NCBI RefSeq assembly: GCF_006345805.1
Contig: NW_021832533.1
Span: 186,001-250,000 of the forward strand
Source of the DNA: Octopus sinensis
Taxonomy: Eukaryota
Reading direction: 5' to 3'
Length of the DNA: 64,000 nucleotides
The number at the start of each line of letters is the position of its first letter. The stretch's first letter is position 1. Positions 49,501 to 61,362 of the stretch are shown here, piece by piece. A model generated the notes under the pieces. It saw nothing but the letters and a program-made list of their open reading frames with translations, searched no databases and was not told the DNA's origin. Made by a program: the position numbers and the translations under genes.

Positions 49501-52200
49501 AAGTGATAAACAGATCCGGAGTTCCGTAATTTCTAACGTATGTCATAGCATCTTGAGTTCGCTCATGCATATATCTTGGTCCTCCCGTGAATGACGAAGG
49601 CAAAATAACCATTTGACCTACATTAGACACATTACCGTCATTCATTATGGCATCTCTTAGATGTATATACTCTTCTGCTCTCAGTTTCCGCTGATTCAAC
49701 CGAATGTAGAGAAGTCTCTCTGCCTCTATTTTCGCATACATATCTACAATAAACTGATTAAATAACTGGCCTGTACGATGTAGAATGTTGAATTCCTGCT
49801 CTCTTTCATCAACCTATAAGAATAAAATTCCATACAACTGGTTTTTTAGTAGTAGTTAAACCAGTCGACGGATTAAAATGCATTACCTTAAAATTGTACC
49901 CATCCTCTCCTCTCGGAAATAATAATGGGTACTGAAGTGCATCATATGACCGATGTGTCTCTGAAATTCTCATTAATCCAGTGGATCTCTTGTTTATTAT
50001 TATGTCTCTCGAGTCATAGTGTTGACCTACTATTAGAATTCCAACCTGGTTTGACGTTGGTGCGTTGTATCGACGGTTATGTTCATTTGCAGGTGTCCTA
50101 TCTGCATGTATAATTACCTTACAATCTTCATCTGCTGTGGATCTCAGAACAGATCTAAAAGATGAAATATACGTGTTGCACATTTGCAACATATTTTGCA
50201 ACGAACTAATAATGTTGCCTCGTAGTCTTGAATCTGCTAGACATCTTCGGTTAGATTGTTCTTCGTGATTATCTATAAAGTAATTTGTAAAAAGTTAAAA
50301 TCCTCGCCTTCACTTGGAAGGAGTGAACCCATCCTGTGATACACTTGCCCAAGTACCTTAAATGTGGGCATATAGCCCGTCGGATTGAAATTTCCACTTG
50401 TACCAAAAGATGTCATCTGAAAAACATTATTGTACCTGCGAAATTATCAACGAAGTGCCTAGATGATGGTGTATCATTCCTCAACAGTGTTAAAAGAGGC
50501 TCAGGAGGCGGGTCTAAAACTGGTAAACGTACCTTTCCGCGACTGCAGCACATTCCGATAGTTTCCCCTTAAATTTCATAGCTAAACAAAAAGTACATAT
50601 CTCCGTTAAAGCACCTACATTACCTAAATTTCTATACTCAATGCCCCTATTATAATTAAATCCAGTGTTTTCTAACCAATAGAATTTGATACCCTACTAT
50701 TCCTGCGTGAAACTCGTAGTCGATTTTCTGTCTGATGTTCATCCTGAGTTAGTTGGTTCCTCCTAACTGAATTTCTTCTTGTGTTCCGATCTCGTCGGCA
50801 TTCCCTTTGTTGTTGTGACTCTTGTTCCCTACTAATAGCCGTTGCCATTCTATCTTGTTCTTGCCTATGTTCCCTCTGTTCTTGAGTCTCTTGTTCCCTA
50901 CTAATAGCAGTTCCCATTCTATCTTGCTCTTGCCTATGTTCCCTTTGTTCTTTTGTCTCTTGTTCCCTACTAATAGCCGTTGCCATTCTATCTTGTTTTT
51001 GTCTATGTTCCCTTGTTGTTGTGACTCTTGTTCCCTACTAATAGCCGTTGCCATTCTATCTTGTTCTTGCCTATGTTCCCTCTGTTCTTGAGTCTCTTGT
51101 TCCCTACTAATAGCCGTTGCCATTCTATCTTGTTCTTGCCTATGTTCCCTCTGTTCTTGAGTCTCTTTTCCTACTAATAGCAGTTCCCATTCTATTTGCT
51201 CTTGCCTATGTTCCCTTTGTTCTTCTGTCTCTTGTTCCCTACTAATAGCCGTTGCCATTCTATCTTGTTCTTGTCTATGTTCCCTCTGTTCTTGTGACTC
51301 TTGTTCCCTACTAATAGCCTTCCCCATTCTATCTTGTTCCTGCCTATGTTCCCTCTGTTCTTGTGACTCTTGTTCCCTACTAATAGCCTTCCCCTTCTAT
51401 CTTGTTCTGCCTATGTTCCCTCTGTTCTTGTGACTCTTGTTCCCTACTAATAGCCTTCCCCATTCTATCTTGTTCTTGTCTATGTTCCCTCTGTTCTTGT
51501 GACTCTTGTTCCCTAGTAATAGCCTTCCCCATTATATCTTGTTCTTTTCTGAAATTCCTCATATCATCGGTCTCTGCCTCCTTCTATATAGTTGCTCTTA
51601 ATCTGTTGCATTCTTGTCGATGTTCCTTTTGATCTTGTGACTCGGCTGCCCTTTTCATAGCCATGCGCAATCTATTCTTTTCTCGTCTAAAATTTGAGAT
51701 CGAAAACGTCTCATTTGAACTATTTACTTTAATGTTAAATTTATTATCTAGACTAACACTCATATCATCGAAACTATATCGTTTAAAATTATTATTTCCT
51801 ACACTAACTTTTTTACGTTTCGTGCTACATAAATTATTTAAAACCTGTGTATTTTCCAAATATTCTTTGTTTCTCAATAGGTAATCCGTTTCCATACACT
51901 AAAAATAAATCTAATATTAATACCTCTTTACTGAAGTTATTTTCATCGAAACGGATCGATTGATGATCTTCTGACAACTGATGAGTAATCTTATTTTCTC
52001 TGACAATACATAGCCTACACTACCTACATTTCCTGCACCTAGATTACCTACGCATGCACCTACACTACCTACACTCCCTGCGCCCACATTTCCTGCATTT
52101 CCTACACCTATATTACCTATGCCCGCACCTACATTACTTACACTCCCCCCAAGCTCAGTTTGTTCGTTTGTTTTGGCATCCACGATATCTTCGGTGTGAA
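46581..52200 (-). CDS. Helitron RepHel (HUH replication initiator + PIF1 helicase); reading frame broken by single-base deletions; 5' start approximate
   Basis: C..C...CC..GK motif (~50.5-50.6 kb), [27 protein letters not shown](RG)[43 protein letters not shown]; no C-terminal endonuclease. Confidence 0.93.
50780..51560 (-). repeat. 63-bp coding tandem repeat (21-aa unit [21 protein letters not shown]) in the RepHel N-terminus, ~12 copies
   Basis: Directly visible periodicity; charged helical repeats are common at RepHel N-termini. Confidence 0.9.
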
Positions 52201-52899
52201 ACTCTCCATATTCTGACTACCCACCATACTAATCTTATTTTTTACGCCACGCAGTAATACATATTGAACATTTAACGCTCTTAAGCCTTGTCTTATCTTA
52301 ATTGCTATCTGAAGTGGTTGTCTAATCAAGGTCACTAAGCCTAATTTCCGTAAACTGTAAAGGGCTCTTAAGCCTTATCTTAATTGCTATCTGAAGTAAT
52401 TTGTCTAATCAAGGTCACTAAGCTAAATTTCCGGAAACTGTAAAGGGCTCTTAAGCATTATCTTAATAGGCTGTTAAAAAATTGACAGGTTGTTAAAGAT
52501 AAGTGAAAATAAGAATTAATCTAATTTTAATTCAAAGTAAATAATTTTTAAGTGAAAATAAGAATCAATTAAGAGATCCAGCTCGATCTGCGTGCTCGAC
52601 GGGGCAGGGGTTAGAGCCCAGCAGTACGGTTGCTTCCGCGTTCCGCGCACGGTTTGTTGAAGTGTGCACACACGGCGGCAGACAAATTTTTAAAGTTTTT
52701 TTGTTATTTTCTTTTTTTATTTTAAAAAATTTTTTTTTTATTTTATGAATTTTTTTTTGTGTTTTTATTTTTTTATTTTTGGTTTTTATTGTGTGTTTTT
52801 ATTTATCTAATAATAAAATGGTATGGTGTGTGTCTGTCTGTGTGTCTGTCTGTGTGTCTGTCTGTCTGTCTGTGTGTGCACACCAACTTCAAATTGGCA

Positions 52900-54276
52900 A
52901 TACGATGTCCTCGACTTACATGATGAGGTCCTTAAAACCTTCCCCCCAAAAAAATTAAAAAAAAATTTTCTGCATTTTGGTTAAAATGAACAACTACAAT
53001 GTCCTCGACTTCCATGATGAAGTCCTTAAAACCTTCCCCCCAAAAAAATTAAAAAAAAATTTTCTGCATTTTGGTTAAAATGAACAACTACAATGTCCTC
53101 GACTTACATGATGAAGTCCTTAAAACCTTCCCCCCCAAAAAAATTAAAAAAAAATTTTCTGCATTTTGGTTAAAATGAACAACTACAATGTTCTCGACTT
53201 ACATGATGAAGTCCTTAAAACCTTCCCCCCAAAAAAAATTAAAAAAAAATTTTCTGCATTTTGGTTAAAATGAACAACTACAATGTCCTCAACTTACATG
53301 ATGAAGTCCTAAAACCTTCCCCCCCAAAAAAAATTAAAAAAAAATTTTCTGCATTTTGGTTAAAATGAACAACTACAATGTCCTCGACTTACATGATGAA
53401 GTCCTTAAAACCTTCCCCCCAAAAAAAATTAAAAAAAAATTTTCTGCATTTTGGTTAAAATGAACAACTACAATGTCCTCGACTTACATGATGAAGTCCT
53501 TAAAACCTTCCCCCCAAAAAAATTAAAAAAAAATTTTCTGCATTTTGGTTAAAATGAACAACTACAATGTCCTCGACTTACATGATGAAGTCCTTAAAAC
53601 CTTCCCCCCAAAAAAAATTAAAAAAAAATTTTCTGCATTTTGGTTAAAATGAACAACTACAATGTCCTCGACTTACATGATGAAGTCCTTAAAACCTTCC
53701 CCCCCAAAAAAATTAAAAAAAATTTTCTGCATTTTGGTTAAAATGAACAACTACAATGTCCTCGACTTACATGATGAAGTCCTTAAAACCTTCCCCCCAA
53801 AAAAATTAAAAAAAAATTTTCTGCATTTTGGTTAAAATGAACAACTACAATGTCCTCGACTTACATGATGAAGTCCTTAAAACCTTCCCCCCAAAAAAAA
53901 TTAAAAAAAAATTTTCTGCATTTTGGTTAAAATGAACAACTACAATGTCCTCGACTTACATGATGAAGTCCTTAAAACCTTCCCCCAAAAAAAATTAAAA
54001 AAAAATTTTCTGCATTTTGGTTAAAATGAACAACTACAATGTCCTCGACTTACATGATGAAGTCCTTAAAACCTTCCCCCCAAAAAAAATTAAAAAAAAA
54101 TTTTCTGCATTTTGGTTAAAATGAACAACTACAATGTCCTCGACTTACATGATGAAGTCCTTAAAACCTTCCCCCCCAAAAAAAATTTAAAAAAATTTTC
54201 TGCATTTTGGTTAAAATGAACAACTACAATGTCCTCGACTTACATGATGAAGTCCTTAAAACCTTCCCCCCAAAAA
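52900..54276. repeat. ~95-bp satellite, variant B (~15 monomers; 2 more resume at 57026-57220)
   Basis: Monomer cttacatgatgaagtccttaaaaccttcccccc...ttttctgcattttggttaaaatgaacaactacaatgtcctcga, 94-96 bp; homologous to variant A. Confidence 0.96.
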
Positions 54277-57025
54277 TAGAATAGAATAGAATAGTGTTTA
54301 TTGAGCGAAAAGAAAAAGAAAAACAAGGAAGAAAAACATCGGCGGGGAGATAAAAACAAGGCACCGAAGTGTCTCTTTCCATGCGTATCCCCAATACTAG
54401 TCATGTTTGACGACAATTCTCCAAGACCATCCGGATCGTGGGCACAGAGGATTCTTGTGAGTCTTTTAGCCTTCCGTCAAGTTGTACTCCGTAAGCCAAT
54501 TTCATAGCGAAACGTCTTGTCTTTTCCAACTGTTCGATCAGGTAGTCACTCTCCTCCGTACCGTACCAGCCCTCGTAGCCATATGTGAGGACTGGCTGCA
54601 CACACGTTTTGTATACGTAGATGTACGTTTCCGGATCCAGATGGAACCTGGTTAAGCTTTTGAGGATCCTCACACTCCTCTTTCTCTGATTTGCTATATG
54701 CTCTACGTACGAGCCACGACAGTTAATGGTTGCTCCCAGGTAAGAAAGATTTTTTCTTTTCGAGAGATCCATCACATAGCTACTCATCGCATATGCACAA
54801 GACTCCGCATAGCGACTCCCTCTCCGCAACCATGAAATGGTGCTCTTCTCCGGTGCTAGGGTCAAACCCTTCTCTATAGTCCACATCTTTAGCGTTGCAA
54901 TGTATGATTTCAGTCGTCTCCAAGACTGCGATATCCTTTTCGAGGTATCCATGACCAGGATATCGTCAGCATAGATAACGAGCTTGCCAGTACGTGTCGA
55001 CGGCAGAGGAATGTCCGCCAAGAAGAGGTTGAACAGAAGTGGACTCAAGATAGATCCCTGCGGGACTCCCTTCTAAGTTCCACACACCCCGATAGGCGGT
55101 TTCCACAGCGGACAAATGATTGTCTTCCTGACAAGAAGCTCTCCAGCCATCGATAGGTCTTTATCCCGGCTCCGATGTCATGGATTCTGGAGAGTAGGCC
55201 CAGGTGCCACACGCTATCGAAGGCTTTGGCCAGATCCAGACACACCACAGTTAGCCATGCTTCATTTCTGTCAGCACGGGATAATTGGTGCTCTAACTCC
55301 CTGAGGCAGTCCCCTGTGGATCTTCCTCCACGAAATCCCCATTGTTCAGGTAAAAGCAAATTTTGTGATTCTATATGACCAGAGAGTCTGTTAAAGACAA
55401 TCTTTTCCATTGTCTTAGAGAAAGCACAAATGAGGCTAATTGGCCGGTAGTTCTGTGCCAGCAGTGTCGATTTACCAGATTTTGGAATCATTCGAACAAT
55501 CGTATGCTTCCACGCCGATGGAAGGTGTCCGAACGTCCAGCTGGCGTGAAACAACATAGTCAATGCTCGTATCAAGATTTCAGGGGCCTTCTTTAACAAC
55601 TTCGGAGGGATGTAGTCGAAGCCAGGCGCCTTGTTCTTCAACCCAGCAATTGCCCTTTCAACCTCTTCCTGTGTTATCGCCCCACATAATGGTCCCTCCG
55701 ATAATTGCGAAGAGCCAAGCTTCTTCACAATTCGGTCATAAGTCCCTCGTGGAACGGTAGATTCGACCTCTTGAACCTTACTCAGTTGGTTCCTGAGTAC
55801 TTCCGGGATACGATCAGAGGAGATATATTTCCCGTCTGGTTCTTTTAGTGAAATTTCAAATCCTTTGGCATCATTTCTGGTAAGGCGTTGATATGCTTTC
55901 CAGAAATTAGGGTTTCGCTTATCCAGTTTTCTGCATTCAGACCTCCATTTACTTTCGACCTCAGTCTTGGCCATTTTTGCAATAGTAGATTTTATCTTGT
56001 CGATCTCCAATTTCAGGCGGCATTTGATTGACTCAACCCGACATCTTCTCCTGCGATTTTCCAGGGTACCTTTCGTTCTGATCAGAGTGACAAGTTTCGA
56101 ATTCATCCGCTTTTGCGTTCCTTTGGGTTTCCATACATTTTTTAATGCATAAACATCCAGGAATTTTATGATTGACGATCTAAGGTGATCATCGAGATTG
56201 TCAATATCATCTCTGCTTCTCAGAGGCTGGGACACGACATTTCGAAGAGAATCCCGCATATATGATTCGAATAAACTCCAGTTCATGTTCACGAGGTTGT
56301 AACCAATGAACAAGTCCTCCGTAACATTCATAGTCATCTTTATCAACATCGTTTGCGGCACGTGGTCAGAGCCAATGTCCGCTTCCAACCTCGGTATGTA
56401 ACATAAAGGACTAATTGATGCCGAGCATAGAAAGAGACCCAAGCGATCAGCCCTGCCTCTGTCTGCATAATGATTCAGTTCTTCCGATGTAAAGACCGAA
56501 AAACCCAAGCTACTGGCCAAGTCCTCAAGGACAGTTCCATCCATATTCGTAGTTTCACATCCATAACTCACATTTTTGGCATTAAGATCTCCTGCTAGGA
56601 TTGACAGGCAATTTTCCTCAAAGAACGTCCCAATAACGTTTGAATAGCGCCTTAGCGACTTTGAGTACATTCCCCCGACGGTTAGCCAGCCAGCAGTCGT
56701 GTGCAGCTCGAGCACAATAAGTTCACAGAGTGACTCCTCCACAATTCTGATGTTTCTTACCTTAAGGTTCGCCCTGTAGTAGACTGAGGTTCCTGTCCCC
56801 GCCACTGAGTTTATTTTCCATGGTATATTAATAGACTTATAGCCTTCGAATTCCACCCTCGTAGCTTCCTTCAGCTTAGTCTCATTGATAATCAATATGT
56901 GAGACTTCGCTGTGGCCAGCAGGAGCCTCAGCTCCGATGCCCGTCTCGCAAGCGAGCGGGCATTTAGAATTGTCAGAGCAAGGAATCCTTCCGACATGGG
57001 TGGCTGACCTCCCGTGGGAGCGCCA
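54277..57025 (-). mobile_element. APE-RT LINE (I/Jockey-group-like), ORF2 only, (CTATT)n tail, 11-bp TSD
   Basis: LTILNARSL, IINET, AGDLNA, SDH; NYRPISL, DLAKAFDSV, (G)VPQGSILSPLLF, YADD; AATAAA plus (CTATT)3 tail; TSD CCCCCCAAAAA at 54266-54276 and 57026-57036; one -1 frameshift at ~55050. Confidence 0.95.
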
Positions 57026-58385
57026 CCCCCCAAAAAAATTAAAAAAAAATTTTCTGCATTTTGGTTAAAATGAACAACTACAATGTCCTCGACTTACATG
57101 ATGAAGTCCTTAAAACCTTCCCCCCAAAAAATCAAAAAATTTTTTTCTGCATTTTGATTAAAATGAACAACGCGAATGTCCTCGACATCATGATGAGGTC
57201 CATTAAAACCTTCAAGGCAAAAATCTCACGTATTAAGAATATCCTGATAAACGACAGCGAGAATATTAACAATGATGAACTCCCAATTATTCGCGATAAA
57301 GAAATTCAATTCATCCTATGTTTTTCTCTTTAAAATTAATTGCATAATCATTATCGACCATAAATCAAAATTAAGCTATTATCATATTTGACTTTGACAG
57401 AATGTGCAATCCAGATGAATAGAGTGTTGCAATTAACAGATTTTGAAAAACCACTTTGATAGTTGAAACCACATTAGCACATCATTAACACAATTTACCA
57501 CCAATTGACGCACGACCTTGAATAGAGTGTGCAATTAACAGATTTTGAAAAACACTTTGATAGTTGAAACCACATTAGCACAATCATTAACACAATTTAC
57601 CACAAATGACGCACGACCTTGAATAGAGTGTGCAATTAACAGATTTTGAAAAACACTTTGATAGTTGAAACCACATTAGGACAATCATTAACACAATTTA
57701 CCACCCATTGACAGCGCAATCAGAAGAATTGCGTAAAAAATTAACTATTTACTTGAGTTTTTCGTAAAGATAGAATTTATTTTCGGTATGCCTCTTTTCC
57801 TAAACTTTTTTATTATTCAAAAATAATTTTTTAAATAGATAACCGAAGGAGGAAAAACGAAGCTGAAGAAAAAACGGTCAGCTTAATAAGGTAATTAATT
57901 AAATCTTTTTTGTGTGTCGCTTTCTTGCCTGCCGCATCTCTGCCTGCCGCATTTCCGCCTGCCGCATCTCCCCCTGCCCCATTTCCGCCAGTAAAAAATA
58001 AAAAAAGAAAAAAAAGGAAATTACAAAGGAAAAATGAAAAAATTAAATATAAAAAAAAATAAACCACAAAAAATGAAAAAAAAAGTTTGCAATGACAATA
58101 AACAAGGCCCAGGGACAGTCATTAAAGGTAGTTGGGTTATTTTTAGAGTGAGTGCTTTTCACATGGACAGCTGTATGTGGGATGCTCGAGGGTAGGCAGA
58201 AGAGAAAAAATTTTCATATATGCAAGGAAGGACGGACGACAAACATCGTTTATCAACAGGCGATAGAATAGGGTTACATTAAACCAGGTAGTTTTATACA
58301 TCTACATAAACTTTAGTTGTTTGATGATGAAACAGGCCCTCCGCAGGATCTAGGTCGCGGTGAGCGAAGCGAGCTGCCGAGCTAG

Positions 58386-59520
58386 TTTTTTATATTTTTT
58401 TTCTTTTTTTGTGTTTTAGTTTCTTTTTTTTATTTAAATTTTTTGTTTTATTTTTTAATTTTTTCTTTTTTGGTGTTTTAGTTTCTTTTTTTTATTTAAA
58501 TTTTTGTGTTATTTTTTTAATTTTTTTCTTTTTTTGTGTTTTTATTTTCTTTTTTTTATTTTTTAACTTTTTTTGTTTTATTTTTTATTTTTTTTTTTAT
58601 TTTTTTTGGTTTTTATTTTTTCTTTTTTTTTGTTTTATTTTTTTTATTTTATTTTTTTTTTAACTTTTTTTTTATTTTTTAATTTTTTTTGTTTTATTTT
58701 TTCTTTTTTTGATTTTTTTGGGTTTATTTTCTTTTTTTATGTTTTAAATTTTTTTTATTTTATTTTTTAACTTTTTTTTCTTTTTTTATTTTTTAACTTT
58801 TTTTGTATTTTTTGATTTTTTTTTGTTTTGATATTTTACCTTTTTTATTTTCGATTTTTTGTTTTTTATTTTCTTTTTTTGTCTTTTGCGGTGTTTTATT
58901 TTATTTTTTTTGATTTTTTTAACTTTTTTTTTGATTTTTTTTCTATTTTTTGTTTTTTTATTGTGTTTTTATTTTCTTTTTTTATTTTTTAATTTTTTTT
59001 CCTTTTTCATTTTTTTTTAAATTTTTTTTTTATTTTTGAATTTTTTTTTGTTTTATTTTTTATTTTTTATTGGTTTTATTTTTTTTATTCTTTTTTGTTT
59101 TGTGTTTTTATTTTCTTTTTTTGATTTTTTTTTTATTTTCTTTTTTTTTTTTTTATTTTTATTTTTATAATTTTTCGATTTTTATTGTGTTTTTTTTCGA
59201 TTTTTATTGTGTTTTTATTTTATTTTTTTATTTTTTAAAAGTTTTTTTATTTTTTTATTTTTTTTATTGTTAAATTTTTTTTTATTTTTAAATTTTTTTT
59301 TATTTTTATTTCTTTTTTTGTCTTTTAGTTTCTTTTTTTTATTTATTAAGTTTTTTTTTCTTTTTTTGTTTATTTTCTTTTTAATTTTTTAAGTTTTTTT
59401 TCTTTTTTTTATTTTCTTTTATTTTCTTTTTTTTGGGCTTTATTTTCTTTTTTTTATTTGTTAACTTTTTATATTTGATTTTTTCGTGTTTCTTTGTAAT
59501 TTCCTTTTTTTTCTTTTTTT
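58386..59520. repeat. T-rich low-complexity tract inside the autonomous Helitron leader
   Basis: Mostly T on the plus strand; continuous with 52690-52805. Confidence 0.9.
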
Positions 59521-59540
59521 ATTTGGGTGAGATGGGGGGA

Positions 59541-59805
59541 AATGCGGAAATGCGGCAGGCAGAGATGCGGCAGGCGGAAATGCGGCAGGCAGAGATGCGG
59601 CAGGCAGAGATGCGGCAGGTAGAGATGCGGCAGGCAAGAAAGCGGCAGGCAAGAAAGCGACAGGCAAGAAAGCGACAGGCAAGAAAGCGACAGGCAAGAA
59701 AGCGACAGGCAAGAAAGCGACAGGCAAGAAAGCGACACATAAAAAAGCGACAGGCAAGAAAGCGACACACAAAAAAGCGACAGGCAAGAAAGCGACACAC
59801 AAAAA
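59541..59805. repeat. 15-bp tandem repeats (gcggcaggcagagat grading into gcgacaggcaagaaa)
   Basis: About 17-18 copies here versus about 5 at 57915-57990 in the nested copy. Confidence 0.92.
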
Positions 59806-60489
59806 AGATTTGATTAATTACCTTATTAAGCTGACCGTTTTTTCTTCAGCTTCGTTTTTCCTCCTTCGGTTATCTATTAAAAAAATTATTTTTGAATAAT
59901 AAAAAAGTTTAGGATAAGAGGCATACCGAAAATAAATTCTATCTTTACGAAAAACTTCTTTTCTTAAGGTCGTCTTCCCTCCTTCGGTTATCTATTGAAA
60001 AAATTATTTTTGAATAATAAAAAAGTTTAGGAAAAGAGGCATACCGAAAATAAATTCTATCTTTACGAAAAACTTAACTAAATAGTTAATATTTTTACGC
60101 AAATTCTTCTGATTGCGCTGTCAATGGGTGGTAAATTGTGTTAATGATTGTCCTAATGTGGTTTCAACTATCAAAGTGTTTTTCAAAATCTGTTAATTGC
60201 ACACTCTATTCAAGGTCGTGCGTCAATTGTGGTAAATTGTGTTAATGATTGATGCTAATGTGGTTTCAACTATCAAAGTGGTTTTTCAAAATCTGTTAAT
60301 TGCACACTCTATGATAATAGCTTTATTTTGATTCATGGGCGTTAATGATATATGCATTTAATTTTAAAGAGAAAAACATTGGATGAATTGAATTTCTTTA
60401 TCGCGAATAATTGAGAGTTCATCATTGTTATATTCTCGCTGTCGTTTTCATCAAGGAATTCTTAATACGTGAGATTTTTGCCTGAAAGT

Positions 60490-61090
60490 TTAATGGACCT
60501 CATCATGAATGTCGAGGACACATTCGCGTTTTCATTTAATCAAAATTCAGAAAATAATTTTTTGATTTTTGGCGGGAGGTTTTAAGGGACCTATCATGTA
60601 AGTCGAGGACATCGTAGTTGTTCATTTAACCAAAATGCAGAAAAATTTTTTTTAATTTTTTTGGGGGGGAAGGTTTTAAGGACCTCATCATGTAAGTCGA
60701 GGACATCGTAGTTGTTCATTTTAACCAAAATGCAGAAAAATTTTTTTTAATTTTTTGGGGGGGAAGGTTTTAAGGACCTCATCATGTAAGTCGAGGACAT
60801 CGTAGTTATTCATTTTAACCAAAATGCCAGAAAATTTTTTTTAATTTTTTGGGGGGGAAGGTTTTAAGGACCTCATCATGTAAGTCGAGGACATCGTAGT
60901 TGTTCATTTTAACCAAAATGCAGAAAAATTTTTTTTATTTTTTTTGGGGGGGAAGGTTTTAAGGACCTCATCATGTAAGTCGAGGACATCGTAGTTGTTC
61001 ATTTTGACCAAAACGCAGAAAATTTTTTTTAATTTTTTTTGGGGGGGAAGGTTTTAAGGACCTCATCATGTAAGTCGAGGACATCGTATG
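60490..61090. repeat. ~95-bp satellite, variant B (~7 monomers) at the autonomous 5' end
   Basis: gtcgaggac recurs 7 times at ~94-bp spacing. Confidence 0.95.
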
Positions 61091-61185
61091 ATTGCCAATT
61101 TGAAGTTGGTGTGCACCCACAGACAGACAGACAGACAACCAGACAGACAGACAGCACACACCATACCATTTTATTATTAAGATAT

Positions 61186-61327
61186 CGAATCGAGATGGTT
61201 TTTCGAGCGGAATCCCTTGCGATAGTACGCTCTAATTCTTCTCGATCGCGTCTGGCTTCCCGCACTGAAGTTTTAATTAATTACTTGTAGTTATTGGTTG
61301 TTTTTTCAAAAAAAAAAAAAAAAAAAT

Positions 61328-61358
<31 letters not shown>
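61186..61358 (+). mobile_element. 173-bp poly(A)-tailed insertion with (AA)GATAT duplication
   Basis: aagatat at 61179-61185 and 61359-61365 flanks a unique ~120 bp plus an interrupted poly(A). Confidence 0.6.

Positions 61359-61362
<4 letters not shown>

Larger units (their letters stand above)
52806..58385 (+). mobile_element. Non-autonomous Helitron nested in opposite orientation inside the autonomous copy
   Basis: A|TCTAATAATAAAATGG at 52806, microsatellite, variant-B satellite, ~103-bp repeats x3, diverged PIF1 tail (58085-58270), 3' ...gagCTAG|T at 58385; T-rich flanks are continuous across it. Confidence 0.93.
46452..61182 (-). mobile_element. Full-length, probably autonomous Helitron (~9.1 kb without nested inserts)
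   Basis: 5' A|TCTTAATAATAAAATGG at 61182, 3' CTAG|T at 46452; Rep-PIF1 coding region; flanks rejoin to the empty site at 37916/37917 once the 61186-61358 insert is removed. Confidence 0.95.

Noticed and set aside
51584-51586. In-frame TAG suggesting a variant genetic code (stop = Gln)
   Set aside because: RPS27, Rac, DMAC2 and eRF3 end at TAA, LRR at TAG and HPRT at TGA; other breaks are explained by introns or indels.
46581-57033. Programmed ribosomal frameshifting in RepHel and the LINEs
   Set aside because: Breaks are numerous, mostly -1 in homopolymers and seen across unrelated elements, so sequencing error or decay is more parsimonious.
58409-59813. Phe-rich 'membrane protein' ORFs and RQARK-repeat ORFs
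   Set aside because: Translations of T-rich low complexity and 15-bp repeats that lack stops by composition.
46452-61182. Helentron/DINE-1 classification (microsatellite plus central tandem repeats)
   Set aside because: Ends are canonical A|TC...CTAG|T and the ORF stops after the helicase with no endonuclease.
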